Positions 40,174-49,724 of a DNA stretch of 64,000 bases are shown here, in pieces. Source of the DNA: an uncultured Thermodesulfobacteriota bacterium (lineage in GTDB: Bacteria > Desulfobacterota > DSWW01); NCBI GenBank assembly GCA_964384945.1, contig CAYLMK010000012.1:67498-131497 (forward strand), given 5' to 3'. The position numbers and the translations under genes are program-made. The notes below the pieces were generated by a model. The model searched no databases, was not told where the DNA came from, and saw nothing but the letters and a program-made list of their open reading frames with translations. Positions within the stretch are counted from its first letter, which is position 1, and every line of letters begins with the position of its first letter.

Positions 40174-40539
40174 TCAGAGCTTGAAGGCGCGGCCGAGGTA
40201 GACGCAGAGGGCGAGGGACAGAAGGCCTGCAAGGACGAGCGAGACAGGGAATTTGTGCCTCTTTTGCTGGATTCCCGTCAGGTAGACGAGAAGGCCCGCA
40301 AGGGCGGACCCGACTCCGGCAAGCAGGACCGGCCTTGCATGCCGGATCAAATCCAGGTTCCAATGCTGGCGGGTCGATGTGAAGTACAGTTGGTCATAGA
40401 AGGTGTTCGGTTCCGGCTTGGCGAGGCCGAAGAGGCATGTCCCCGCCGCGAGAAACAGCCACCCTCCGACCGAGAGCGCGACGATCAGCACCCGCCCGAT
40501 GCCCTCCTTGCCGGCTGCCTCCCTGCGTTCGACTGCCAT
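40174..40539 (-). CDS. Small hypothetical membrane protein (3 TM)
   Basis: 121-aa hydrophobic ORF. No family recognised. Confidence 0.45.
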   Translation of the reverse strand: MAVERREAAGKEGIGRVLIVALSVGGWLFLAAGTCLFGLAKPEPNTFYDQLYFTSTRQHWNLDLIRHARPVLLAGVGSALAGLLVYLTGIQQKRHKFPVSLVLAGLLSLALCVYLGRAFKL

Positions 40540-40702
40540 GGGACCGCCCGATTGGGTGAATGACCGCTTGTGAGAAGGTCAGATACCACAGGCCCTCCGG
40601 AACATGCAAGTCGGAGTGGCGGGCCTGCAGGTCGTGCGCCTGCGGTCCCGGCCGGGTGCGCCGGCCTCTGCCCGCATTCGATCTGTGGGCAGGGCTTGAT
40701 CG

Positions 40703-40732
40703 TTGACAAGCCCGCTTGCCTGCTGCTAGAGT
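40703..40732 (+). promoter_or_regulatory. Candidate sigma70-type promoter for the rubrerythrin-like gene
   Basis: TTGACA (40703-40708), 18-nt spacer, TAGAGT (40727-40732). About 70-nt leader to the ATG at 40811. Confidence 0.3.
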
Positions 40733-40810
40733 CCGGACGGGTTGGGAAGCAAGGCTCGTCTTACAAGGAAAGAAATCCTCGGATAGGGTCCCACGCGGAG
40801 GCTCGGCGGC

Positions 40811-41335
40811 ATGAACGAGAAGGATCGACTCAACGCCCTGGAGACGGCCCTCAACAACGAGATGAGGGAAAGGGCCTTTTACCTGAGGCATGCGGCGAGG
40901 ACAAAAAACCCTGTCGGAAAGGCCATGTTCAAGCAGATCGGCGACGAAGAACTGGAGCACTACGAGCGCCTCAAGGAGTTGCACGCCAAGTGGGAGAGGC
41001 AGGAGAAATGGCCCGAGACGGTTCCCCTCAAGGTCAAGGGGACGGTCGTCAAGGATCTCCTGATGGACTCGGTCAGGAGCGTGGATGTGAAAAGCGGGGG
41101 GGACGACGACGACCTGGAGGCGGTCCGGATTGCGATCGAGTTCGAGGCGAAGGGCGCCAGGGGCTACGCAATGCTCCGGGACAGCGTCCGGAACCCGCAG
41201 GAAAAGGAGTTTTTCTCCCTGCTCGCCCAGATCGAGAACGAACACTACCTGTCCCTGAAGGACGTGGAGGAATTCCTGACCGACCCCGAGTCTTACTTCC
41301 GAAGGAGAGAGCACCACGGCCTTGACGGCGCCTGA
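40811..41335 (+). CDS. Ferritin-like/rubrerythrin-family diiron protein
   Basis: Two E..ExxH-type motifs (EELEHYERL; ENEHYL). Confidence 0.65.
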   Translation: MNEKDRLNALETALNNEMRERAFYLRHAARTKNPVGKAMFKQIGDEELEHYERLKELHAKWERQEKWPETVPLKVKGTVVKDLLMDSVRSVDVKSGGDDDDLEAVRIAIEFEAKGARGYAMLRDSVRNPQEKEFFSLLAQIENEHYLSLKDVEEFLTDPESYFRRREHHGLDGA

Positions 41336-41372
41336 CCGTACCGCGGCCGATTCCCGCCGTCCCTGATCGGCT

Positions 41373-42614
41373 TCATGACCCCTTCCGCAGGTCCAGGGCC
41401 GCCTTGACGATCCGGCTGTTTCGTTTGTTCAGAAGATCCTTGAGCGCTTTCCGGTAGTCGGCGAGCGGGTAGGCCTGCACCGGAATCGGGTCGAGCCGGA
41501 TGCGTCCCGTTTCGATCATCTCCAGGGCGATCTCGAAGGCATGACGTCGCCTTCCTTCCACCGTCTCCATACCGTAGCTCAGGGACCCGATCAACCGGAC
41601 CTCCTTCCAGAAAAGCAGGCTCCACTCGAACCGCTTTGGCGGACTTGCCCCTACCAGGATGACCCTTCCCCTCTGGTTCGCCCAGTACGAGCTTCTCTGG
41701 ATCGTGCTTGCCGAGCCGACGCAGTCATAGGTCACATCGAATCCGCCCACAAAGAAGGGCTTGCCGAACCGGGGAGCGTACTGCCGCGCGCCCAACTCCT
41801 GGGCCAGCAGGGCCGCCGTCTTGGTGTCCTCCGTCTCGCCGATGACCCGGTCCGCCCCTAGGCACAGGGCCAGTTCGCGCTGGAAGGGGTGGCGGGCGAC
41901 CGCGTATATCCTGCAGGGAATGTCCAGGGCCCGCAGCACCTGGACGATGCACAGTCCGATGATGCCGGCCCCGAAGACGAGCACGCGGTGCCCCGGCTCG
42001 GGCGGGGCGAGCAACACGGCGTGCAGGGCCACGCAGAGGGGATCCAGCAGCACGGCCTGCTCGTCCGGGATCCTGTCCGGGACCCCGAAGAGCTGAGATC
42101 GGTGGGCCACCAGGTATTCACTGAATCCCCCGCCCGTCCGGTTGTTCGTTCCGATGCATTGACCGGGGGGCAGGCTGCCGGATGCCAGGTTGCCGCACAG
42201 GGAGAAATCACCCCTTTCGCAGGCCGCGCACGGAGGCGAAATCCCACGGGGCGCGCACGACAGGATGGGGTAGACCGCCACCCGCGCCCCCTTGCGAAAG
42301 CCCGCCGCTTCCTTTCCCGGGTGGTCGACCTCTCCCACGATCTCGTGGCCCAGATACATGGGAAACGAGATGAATTGCGATATGGGGTTGTCGAGGCTTC
42401 CCTTCAGCGTGATGGCGGCCAGGTCGCTCCCGCAGATGCCCGCGAGCCGAGGCCTCACTCGGACCCACTCCTCCGTGGGGAGTTCGGGGACCGGGGCTTC
42501 CCGGTAAATGAGCGGCGAGATCGGGCTCCAGAAAACGCTTCTCGAAAAAAGGGAGACGACCTTGGTAGGGATTGCTCTTGGCAGGCTGGGATCGAAAAGA
42601 AGCGCCTTCATCAT
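41373..42614 (-). CDS. Zinc-dependent alcohol dehydrogenase (MDR family)
   Basis: GICGSDL, GHEIVGEV, structural-Zn CxxCxxGxxxxC, Rossmann VFGAGIIG. Confidence 0.85.
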   Translation of the reverse strand: MMKALLFDPSLPRAIPTKVVSLFSRSVFWSPISPLIYREAPVPELPTEEWVRVRPRLAGICGSDLAAITLKGSLDNPISQFISFPMYLGHEIVGEVDHPGKEAAGFRKGARVAVYPILSCAPRGISPPCAACERGDFSLCGNLASGSLPPGQCIGTNNRTGGGFSEYLVAHRSQLFGVPDRIPDEQAVLLDPLCVALHAVLLAPPEPGHRVLVFGAGIIGLCIVQVLRALDIPCRIYAVARHPFQRELALCLGADRVIGETEDTKTAALLAQELGARQYAPRFGKPFFVGGFDVTYDCVGSASTIQRSSYWANQRGRVILVGASPPKRFEWSLLFWKEVRLIGSLSYGMETVEGRRRHAFEIALEMIETGRIRLDPIPVQAYPLADYRKALKDLLNKRNSRIVKAALDLRKGS

Positions 42615-42859
42615 GATGCCGGCATCCTACAGCAAAAACCCGAGGAGCGTCCAGATCCTCGTCCCGGCGTTCCCTGTGCGTGCCGACCGCGCTCGGGCGT
42701 GCATCCGGGTTCCGCGGAATTCGAAAGAGGCCGGACCCATGCACGCAGGACCGGAGGAACCGGATCGGCTCGCGTCGAACCCGTTTCGCCGGCGGGATCA
42801 TCGAATGGATGTAGCTTTGATTTCCGATAACCACGCTCCTGTTCGAAGGAGGACCTGAA

Positions 42860-43201
42860 ATGAAAGGAAACGTTTGTCTGTCCGTTCGGCTTTCCGCCGT
42901 TCTGGCGGTCTCTCTCCTCTTCCCGTTCCTGCCCCTGCACGCAGAGGGAGAGGACCAGGCAAAGGCCCAGGCCCTGTGCCCGATCATGGGGGGACCGGTC
43001 GACAGGACGGCCTACGTGGACTACGAGGGGAAGCGGGTCTACTTCTGCTGCAAGGGTTGCGCATCCGAGTTTCTGAAAGACCCCGGGAAACACATCCAGA
43101 AGATGGAGTCGCAGGGGATCGTTCTGGAACGAGTGCCCGAGAGCGGAAAGGGGGCGGACCACCGCGGCGAGGGTGACTCCCACGGGGACCATCCCGGATG
43201 A
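42860..43201 (+). CDS. Secreted YHS/TRASH-domain metal-binding protein
   Basis: Signal peptide. CPIMGGPVD...YVDYEGKRVYFCCKGCASEF YHS domain. His/Asp-rich tail. Confidence 0.7.
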   Translation: MKGNVCLSVRLSAVLAVSLLFPFLPLHAEGEDQAKAQALCPIMGGPVDRTAYVDYEGKRVYFCCKGCASEFLKDPGKHIQKMESQGIVLERVPESGKGADHRGEGDSHGDHPG

Positions 43202-43353
43202 TTCTTTCTGCTCCGCGGTTCGCCCTGCGCGCTCTTCCGGCGGCCTGCAAGACCGTAAGGCGCTGACCCTATCGACCCCTGTTGCCCGGCGCTTGGAAAA
43301 GGGTTAAAAGGGGCCGAGAGCGTCCGCGACCTGCAATCCCTTTCCAGTGAGGT

Positions 43354-44508
43354 GTGCGCATCATGGGCCAGAACCGCTCTAGTCCGTTTGCCGGACCCAC
43401 CCCCGGCCTCCGAATCAAGCAGGGAGGTCCGCCGCTGCGGCGGCCGGACCCGGCGGAGGCCGCCCGGTTCCCGGAACAGGCCAGGCAGATCATTTCCGGG
43501 ACGTGGGAGTCGCAGGCCGTCTCTCTGGAGGCAGGGGCCTACAGCACGGAGTGGGTCCAAGGCAGGCACTTCCTGCTCGTAGGGGCGACCGGTTCCGGTC
43601 TGGGAGGTGCCCTGGCAACGGCCGTGCTCAACCTTCTCCGGGATTCCGGGAGCCTGACCATCGTGGCGAGGGACCTGAAGAAGTCTCTGGGTTATGAAAC
43701 CGCGCTGGTCATGAAAGGGAAGGCGGAGCAGGCAGGGTTGGGCAGGAGGTTTCAATGGCTGAACACGGGTGCGGCGCTGGAGGGCGAACGGCTCGAGAAG
43801 ATCGTCCAGGCCCTGAACGAAGCGGGAGCGGACCGGGTGATCTACGTAAATACGGTGGCGGCGGCCATGTCCGGCCTGCTGCCGGGCCGTCCGGCCGTAT
43901 TCGTGAAAGACGTGGATGCGGAAGGCCTCTTCGAATGGGAATTGACGCCCCTTGACGAGCGGAGCATCGAGGCCACGAAGTTCACGATGGGCACGATGGC
44001 GGTTGAACTGGCGGATGCCCTTGAAAAGGCCGGGGTCGGAGTGGAGGCGGCTGGCTTCGCGGACTGGCGCGGGAGCCTGGACCGGAGCAGCCGGGATCCT
44101 GCCTCTCCCGACTACGGCCGGCAGGGTGCCTACTCCACCAGCCTGTACCTTCCCAAAGAGATCCTGCAGGCAGCCACTTCTTCCGCCTACCGGAAGGGGA
44201 GGCCGACCCTGGACTTCTTCCTGCCGGTCATGAAGACCCAGGCCCTGAGCATGGTGCCGGGCGGGACGGCCATGGCGAGGCTCTACGAAACCTTGATGGA
44301 AAAAGAGGGCATCCGGCCCATCTACCCGCCCGAACTCGCTCTGGGCGTGCTGGACCGGATCGGCAGGGCCCTTCAGGGCCGAAACGAGAACCCCTTCCCG
44401 AGACTCGATCTGCACGAGGCCTCCCTGGACCTGTGGTTCCTCGAGGTGCTCACCCGCCTCAACGAGGACGAGAGCAGCGACTTCTACTTCAGGCGGTGGA
44501 TTCCGTGA
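43354..44508 (+). CDS. NAD(P)-binding Rossmann-fold protein, possibly trans-2-enoyl-CoA/ACP reductase (FabV/TER)-like
   Basis: HFLLVGATGSGLGGALATAV resembles the FabV VLVIGASSGYGLASRI dinucleotide motif. Overall length about 384 aa. Weakly supported. Confidence 0.4.
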   Translation: MRIMGQNRSSPFAGPTPGLRIKQGGPPLRRPDPAEAARFPEQARQIISGTWESQAVSLEAGAYSTEWVQGRHFLLVGATGSGLGGALATAVLNLLRDSGSLTIVARDLKKSLGYETALVMKGKAEQAGLGRRFQWLNTGAALEGERLEKIVQALNEAGADRVIYVNTVAAAMSGLLPGRPAVFVKDVDAEGLFEWELTPLDERSIEATKFTMGTMAVELADALEKAGVGVEAAGFADWRGSLDRSSRDPASPDYGRQGAYSTSLYLPKEILQAATSSAYRKGRPTLDFFLPVMKTQALSMVPGGTAMARLYETLMEKEGIRPIYPPELALGVLDRIGRALQGRNENPFPRLDLHEASLDLWFLEVLTRLNEDESSDFYFRRWIP

Positions 44509-44708
44509 GATGCCGGATTCACCCGGAGGAGGAGGCGGTGGCGGTCTGCCAGAAGTTCGGCTACGGCTATTGCCGCCGCTGCTGCCATGCCCCTCCGGAA
44601 GGCCCGGGCTGTGCCTGCTCATCGCCGAGGGACCATTGCAGGTTCAGGAAGGAATGCCTGGTCTACTTCGCGGAAAGGAGGGCGAAGAGGGGCCTCGAGG
44701 GGATGTAG
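44505..44708 (+). CDS. Small Cys/His-rich hypothetical protein (about 67 aa)
   Basis: GTG overlapping the upstream stop (GTGA). CRIHPEEEAVAVCQKFGYGYCRRCCHAPPEGPGCACSSPRDHC. No family recognised. Confidence 0.3.
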   Translation: MRCRIHPEEEAVAVCQKFGYGYCRRCCHAPPEGPGCACSSPRDHCRFRKECLVYFAERRAKRGLEGM

Positions 44709-44796
44709 GTCGTTATGCAGCTTGCCGGTGAACTCGCATCCGGAACCGACCTGTCGCCGAGAAATGCCCCGGGCGTCCAGGTCCGAGCTTTCTTTC

Positions 44797-46050
44797 TCAA
44801 AGAATCGGCAGATTCCCCCGATCGTCGAATCGCCACTCCATCGGCCCCTCCAGAAGATCCACGGGCCTTGACAGGTTCTTGAGCAGACTCTCGGAGACCT
44901 GCAGCTCCTCCAGGCGCAGGGTGTTCGGGATCCGGGCCATCCTGAGCGTCTCCAGGTCGGGGTGGCCGCAGGTCAGCACCGCGGCCTCGATGGCTTCGCG
45001 GTCGCTGGGAAGGGCAAGGGGTACGCGGATCCGTTCGACAAACGTGCTCGCCATCGCGTTCGCCTGCATGCCGGCGAGGTCCATGGCGTCGACCACGGCG
45101 CGGGTGGTCACATCGGCGAGCCCGAGACCGTACGCATTCCCCTTGCTCCCCGGCGAGAGCCTGAGCACCGCGATCCGCTTGACGCGCGGCCTCTCCGGTT
45201 CCCGCTCTCCGGAGATAAAACGGCGGCCGATCACGTGTGTGTCCATGCCCGTGCCGGAGAGGTCCTTCCCGAGGGCATCGACGACCAGCACATCCGCCTC
45301 CTCGAAGGGAAGCATGGGCCGCGACCGCCTGGCCAGGGCGAGAAGCCCGGGCTCGCGTGCGAGAATCTCCTCGGCGGGAATCACCTCGATCCTTTTCAGC
45401 CGATCGACGCCGTTCTCGATCAGGGCAATGCCTGCTAGGACCTTCGTGCGGCTGAGGACCGCCTCGGCCATCCTCGGGACGAGGCCGGGGATGGACTTCG
45501 CGCCCTGCGCGTGCACCATGGCAGCCCCCCGGCGGCCGCCGAGCCCCACGGCGAGCATTTTTGCCAGGCCGCTTTCGTACTCCCCGGTGTAGCTGGTGTG
45601 CGGCTTGATGCGGTTGACAACGACGATGCCGTCAGCCCTCGCGGCCGCGCGCAGGCAGTGGACGGGCAATCCTTCGACCTCGCCGAGCACGAGGATTTCC
45701 GGATCCTCCTCGACCGGAGCGCCCACCGTTTCCGGTGTGATCCCGAGAGCAGCCAGCAGACTCACAGGCCCCTTCGGGGGCTGCCCGCCGTGCGAGCCCA
45801 TCGCAGGGACGAGGAACGCATGCGCGCCCCGGCTTCGCAGCCATGCAACCGTCAGTCGAAGCACTTCCTGAATACGGTCGATTCCCCGGCTCCCTGCGGT
45901 GACCGCCACGCGCATGCCCGGGCGGATGCGCTCCGCCGGGATGCCGGTCGACAGACCCCTCTGAAGGGCGCCGGGCAGATCCGCGACCTCCTCGGTGTCG
46001 ACGGCCTGCCGGATGCGGTACAGGGAGGGCAGGGCGAGCGGCTCCTTCAT
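44797..46050 (-). CDS. Hypothetical protein (417 aa) of unrecognised family
   Basis: Long ORF with good codon usage. LarA/DUF2088-like considered, but the DxTRP motif is not seen. Function unknown. Confidence 0.5.
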   Translation of the reverse strand: MKEPLALPSLYRIRQAVDTEEVADLPGALQRGLSTGIPAERIRPGMRVAVTAGSRGIDRIQEVLRLTVAWLRSRGAHAFLVPAMGSHGGQPPKGPVSLLAALGITPETVGAPVEEDPEILVLGEVEGLPVHCLRAAARADGIVVVNRIKPHTSYTGEYESGLAKMLAVGLGGRRGAAMVHAQGAKSIPGLVPRMAEAVLSRTKVLAGIALIENGVDRLKRIEVIPAEEILAREPGLLALARRSRPMLPFEEADVLVVDALGKDLSGTGMDTHVIGRRFISGEREPERPRVKRIAVLRLSPGSKGNAYGLGLADVTTRAVVDAMDLAGMQANAMASTFVERIRVPLALPSDREAIEAAVLTCGHPDLETLRMARIPNTLRLEELQVSESLLKNLSRPVDLLEGPMEWRFDDRGNLPIL

Positions 46051-46685
46051 GATGCCACCGGATCATCATCGTATGCGGATGCCAGGGCCAGCAATTGAAA
46101 CGGGCAAACCAGATAGTGCAACAGGCCCGCGGGAGGAAGCACCACCGAAAGGCCGAAGATCGCCAGCGGGGGCAGAAGAAAGACGCAGACCGTGAAACCG
46201 AGGCGAGGCAGGAAACCGTCCCGGGTCGTCACCCGCACCCTGCTTTCTCTCATCGCTCCCCAGAGGCCCATTCCCGCATCCACGATCAGGGCCGGTACGT
46301 ACATCCACCAAGTAGCCAGTGAGACGAGCAGGGCAAGGGCAGGGATGCAGGTCCACCAGGCGAAGGCCACCATCGCAGGAAGGAGCACGCCCGTCCCGAC
46401 CCAGCCGAGCACGAGGAGGAGGCTCAACAGAAGGAGGCTGCCCAGGTTTCGAAATCCCGCGGCGAGGTCACCCAGACCGGGGGCTCGTGCCGTACGTTTG
46501 TCCAGAAGGGCCACGTTCAGAAAGCCCCCGATCAGCGGCCCGGCCAGGAGGCCGAAGCTGAACAGGCTTCCGTAAGCCACGACCGCTCCCATTCCAAGAT
46601 ACAGCAGGGCCCTTGAGGAGAACAGCTTCATCGCTGTCTGCATGTGTTTCCACGTCTCCATGCCTTCCCGCGTTCTCCTCTGCAA
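46047..46685 (-). CDS. Hypothetical polytopic membrane protein
   Basis: Five or six hydrophobic helices. Start overlaps the upstream gene stop. Confidence 0.55.
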   Translation of the reverse strand: MQRRTREGMETWKHMQTAMKLFSSRALLYLGMGAVVAYGSLFSFGLLAGPLIGGFLNVALLDKRTARAPGLGDLAAGFRNLGSLLLLSLLLVLGWVGTGVLLPAMVAFAWWTCIPALALLVSLATWWMYVPALIVDAGMGLWGAMRESRVRVTTRDGFLPRLGFTVCVFLLPPLAIFGLSVVLPPAGLLHYLVCPFQLLALASAYDDDPVAS

Positions 46686-46754
46686 TCGCTTTGTCCGGCC
46701 ATTGTATTTCAGCTAGAATGAAAATCAAACGTCAAGCCGGAAAGGAGAACCCCC

Positions 46755-48134
46755 GTGAGCGACCGCATCCGAATGGATTACAGTGGGATGTTCCCGTTCC
46801 TTACAGAGGCGGAAATAGAGGGGCGAGAGACCGAGGTGCGACGGGCGCTCGAGACCCTGCAACAGGGCACCGGGAAAGGGGGCGAATACACGGGCTGGCT
46901 GCGCTATCCGGGGTCGCTGCCCGCCTCGGAACTGCGAGGCATGGAAAGCCTGGCGGAGGAGGTGCGGGCCGAGGCGGACGCCTTTGTGGTCATCGGGATC
47001 GGCGGATCCTACCTCGGGGCCAGGGCGGTCATCGAAGGGCTGAGCCACGCCTTTCCCTGGCTGCTGTCCCCGGACAAATCGCAGGGTCCCTTGATCTTCT
47101 TCGCGGGCCAGAACCTGAGCGGCAACTATCTGGAGGAGCTGCTCGAGGTGCTCGAAGACAGAAGCATCTATGTGAACATGATTTCCAAGTCCGGGACGAC
47201 GACCGAACCCGGGCTGGCCTTCCGCGTCTTTCGGGAGCGCCTGGTCCAGATGTACGGCCGCAAGGGGGCGGCACAACGCATCATCGCGACGACCGATGCC
47301 GCCCGGGGCGCCCTGCGGAAGGTCGCCGACGAGGAGGGGTACAGGAGCTTCGTGATCCCGGACGACATCGGAGGCCGTTTTTCGGTCCTCACGGCGGTGG
47401 GGCTTTTCCCGATCGCGGTGGCAGGGATTCCCATCGAAGACCTGGTCGACGGGGCGGCCAGCATGATGGAACCGTGCACCCGAAAGGGCCTTTTTCAGAA
47501 CCCGGCGGCCCTGTACGCGGCGGCGCGGAACCTTCTGCTTGCGAAAGGATACGCCACCGAGATCCTCGTCTCTTACGACCCAAAGCTTCAGTACTTCGCC
47601 GAGTGGTGGAAGCAGCTCTTCGGGGAGAGCGAGGGCAAGGACGGCAAGGGCATCTTCCCGGCCTCGGTCCTGTTCACCTCGGATCTGCATTCCATGGGAC
47701 AGTGGATCCAGGAAGGCAGGAGGACGGTTTTCGAGACCGTGCTGCACATGGCGCGCGAGGCGTCGAGCCTGCAGGTGCCTGCCGATGCGTCCGGCCTGGA
47801 GGACGGCCTGGGCTACCTGGAGGGCAGAACCTGGCCGGAGATCCAGGAAAAGGCGTACGAGGGCACCAGGATGGCCCACTACCAGGGAAACGTGCCCATT
47901 CTGGTCCTGGAGGCCCCGGAGCGCAATGCCTTCACCCTCGGGCAGATGATCCAGTTCTTCGAAACCGCGTGCGGGATTTCCGGCTACCTCCTCGGGGTGA
48001 ACCCCTTCGACCAGCCCGGCGTCGAGGCTTACAAGCAGAACATGCTCGCCTTGCTCGGCAAGCCCGGCCTCGAGCAAAGGGCGGCCGAGTTGGGGGCGTT
48101 CCGGCGCGCGATGTCCTGCGGCAAGCTTGTGTAA
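46755..48134 (+). CDS. pgi: Glucose-6-phosphate isomerase
   Basis: GIGGSYLG and GGRFSVLTAVGL signatures. About 459 aa, bacterial short-type PGI. Confidence 0.9.
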   Translation: MSDRIRMDYSGMFPFLTEAEIEGRETEVRRALETLQQGTGKGGEYTGWLRYPGSLPASELRGMESLAEEVRAEADAFVVIGIGGSYLGARAVIEGLSHAFPWLLSPDKSQGPLIFFAGQNLSGNYLEELLEVLEDRSIYVNMISKSGTTTEPGLAFRVFRERLVQMYGRKGAAQRIIATTDAARGALRKVADEEGYRSFVIPDDIGGRFSVLTAVGLFPIAVAGIPIEDLVDGAASMMEPCTRKGLFQNPAALYAAARNLLLAKGYATEILVSYDPKLQYFAEWWKQLFGESEGKDGKGIFPASVLFTSDLHSMGQWIQEGRRTVFETVLHMAREASSLQVPADASGLEDGLGYLEGRTWPEIQEKAYEGTRMAHYQGNVPILVLEAPERNAFTLGQMIQFFETACGISGYLLGVNPFDQPGVEAYKQNMLALLGKPGLEQRAAELGAFRRAMSCGKLV

Positions 48135-48288
48135 GGCGAAGGCGCTCTCGTATTGTTCTTCCGCAACGCCCTATACGCTCTGCAGCTCGAAGCTCCCGCG
48201 TTCTTCTTTGGTTGACGCGCCGCACCCGCGTCCACCGGTTCGGCAGGCCGGGCCCGGCCGGTCCCAAACCCTGCACGGCGAAACCGTC

Positions 48289-48316
48289 TTGACATTGTAT
48301 TTTCTTGTAGTACAAT
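48289..48316 (+). promoter_or_regulatory. Near-consensus sigma70 promoter producing a leaderless transcript, with embedded inverted repeat
   Basis: TTGACA (48289-48294), 16-nt spacer, TACAAT (48311-48316). ATG at 48323 only 6 nt downstream. ATTGTA...TACAAT inverted repeat spans the spacer. Confidence 0.5.
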
Positions 48317-48322
48317 ACCCCC

Positions 48323-48772
48323 ATGACGAAAAGGAAGAAGACCTCGGGCAAACGAGTTGCGGAAGGGCCTCTTCCCGATCCGGCAGAGGCGGGCGGCAGG
48401 GGGGGGCCGGAGCGAAAAGACCGGGTCCTCCAGACAAGGGTTGCCTCGTCGCTTCACGCAAAACTGCTCGCCCAGGCCCGGCGGCTGAGGGTGCCTGTCT
48501 CCAACCTGGTGCGCAACATCCTGGAGGATTCGACCCGTATGGTCGAGAACATCGTGGACGGCGGCCTCGAGATCGCCGAGGCCATCGGGGGGGGGGTGGA
48601 TGAGAACGATCTCTCCTCGGTGCTCGGCTGGCAGCCGATGACCGCGAACCGGAGGCTGGCCTGCTCCCATTGCGGGCGGGCGATTCCGAAGGGCGGGGAT
48701 GCATGGATGAGCGTCGGCGCCCCGGGCGGCCGCACCTTTGTGATCTGCGAGGGCTGCAAATGCGGGATCTAG
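48323..48772 (+). CDS. Ribbon-helix-helix (CopG/Arc-like) plus C-terminal zinc-ribbon small protein
   Basis: VLQTRVASSLHAKLLAQARRLRVPVSNLVRNILED resembles an RHH fold. C-terminal CSHCGR...CEGCKC. Overlaps the downstream hydrolase gene by 13 nt. Confidence 0.6.
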   Translation: MTKRKKTSGKRVAEGPLPDPAEAGGRGGPERKDRVLQTRVASSLHAKLLAQARRLRVPVSNLVRNILEDSTRMVENIVDGGLEIAEAIGGGVDENDLSSVLGWQPMTANRRLACSHCGRAIPKGGDAWMSVGAPGGRTFVICEGCKCGI

Positions 48773-49539
48773 AATGTCTTGAGGCAGTGGGTGGTGCTGC
48801 GAAGAAGGTCGGCACGGGGGTCGGGCGCCTTCTGGGCAAGGTCAGCCCGGACGTGTGGCGCGAGTTCGGCTATGTGACGATGCTCTCCTATTCCCTGCTG
48901 CTCCCGCGTCGAGAGCAGGTGGTCGACCGGGGCGCCGATGATTATCTGCCCGTCGTCCTCGTCCACGGGCTGGGGGGAAACCGGGGTGCATGGTGGCCGT
49001 TGCGGCTCTTCCTGAAGATCAACGGACATCGCAGGATCTACGCCTTCGGCTACGAGGACGGCACCGTCGAGGCGCACGCGGCGGATCTGAAGGACTTCGT
49101 GGATGCCGTCCTTCGAACGACGGGAGAGGAGAAGGTGGACGTCATCGCCCATTCCCTGGGGGGGATCATCGCACGATACGCGATTCAGCGGCTTGCGATG
49201 GGCACTGCCGTCCGCACCCTCGTCACCTTGGCAACCCCGCATCAGGGGACCTACGCGGCCCGGTACGCCAACACGCCTCTCACCCGCTCGCTCCGGCCGG
49301 AAAGCGATCTGCTACGGGACCTGAACGGGGACGGCCTCCCCGGCCGCCCGATGCGTTTTTTCTCGATCTTCTCCGACCGGGATGTGTACGTCGTGCCTGC
49401 CGAGCGGATGCGGCACCCCGATGCCGAAAACATCTTCCTCCCCGACCTCTCGCACTCCCAGTTCCTGGTCTCGCCGAGGGTGTTTCGGATCGTGGCCTCC
49501 TGCCTGACCGGCCCCCTCGCGCCCGTGCACGGTTCCTGA
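48760..49539 (+). CDS. Alpha/beta-hydrolase (lipase/esterase-like)
   Basis: VVLVHGLGGN. Nucleophile elbow AHSLGG. Start M at 48760 preferred (alternative upstream). Confidence 0.7.
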   Translation: MRDLECLEAVGGAAKKVGTGVGRLLGKVSPDVWREFGYVTMLSYSLLLPRREQVVDRGADDYLPVVLVHGLGGNRGAWWPLRLFLKINGHRRIYAFGYEDGTVEAHAADLKDFVDAVLRTTGEEKVDVIAHSLGGIIARYAIQRLAMGTAVRTLVTLATPHQGTYAARYANTPLTRSLRPESDLLRDLNGDGLPGRPMRFFSIFSDRDVYVVPAERMRHPDAENIFLPDLSHSQFLVSPRVFRIVASCLTGPLAPVHGS

Positions 49540-49724
49540 GACTTCCCCTCCTTCGCGGTTTATTCTTGTCGAGAGACGGACAGAAGAGAGGCCTGAGGTT
49601 TTCTTTCTGTTTCTTTCCGGTGCCGTTCTGATAAAATCGGTCGGGTCGAAGGACCCGGCGCGTCGACTCGTCGAACGTCGGCTCTCGAATCAGCCTCCGA
49701 AGGCCAACCGATGAGGGGGAAGCC

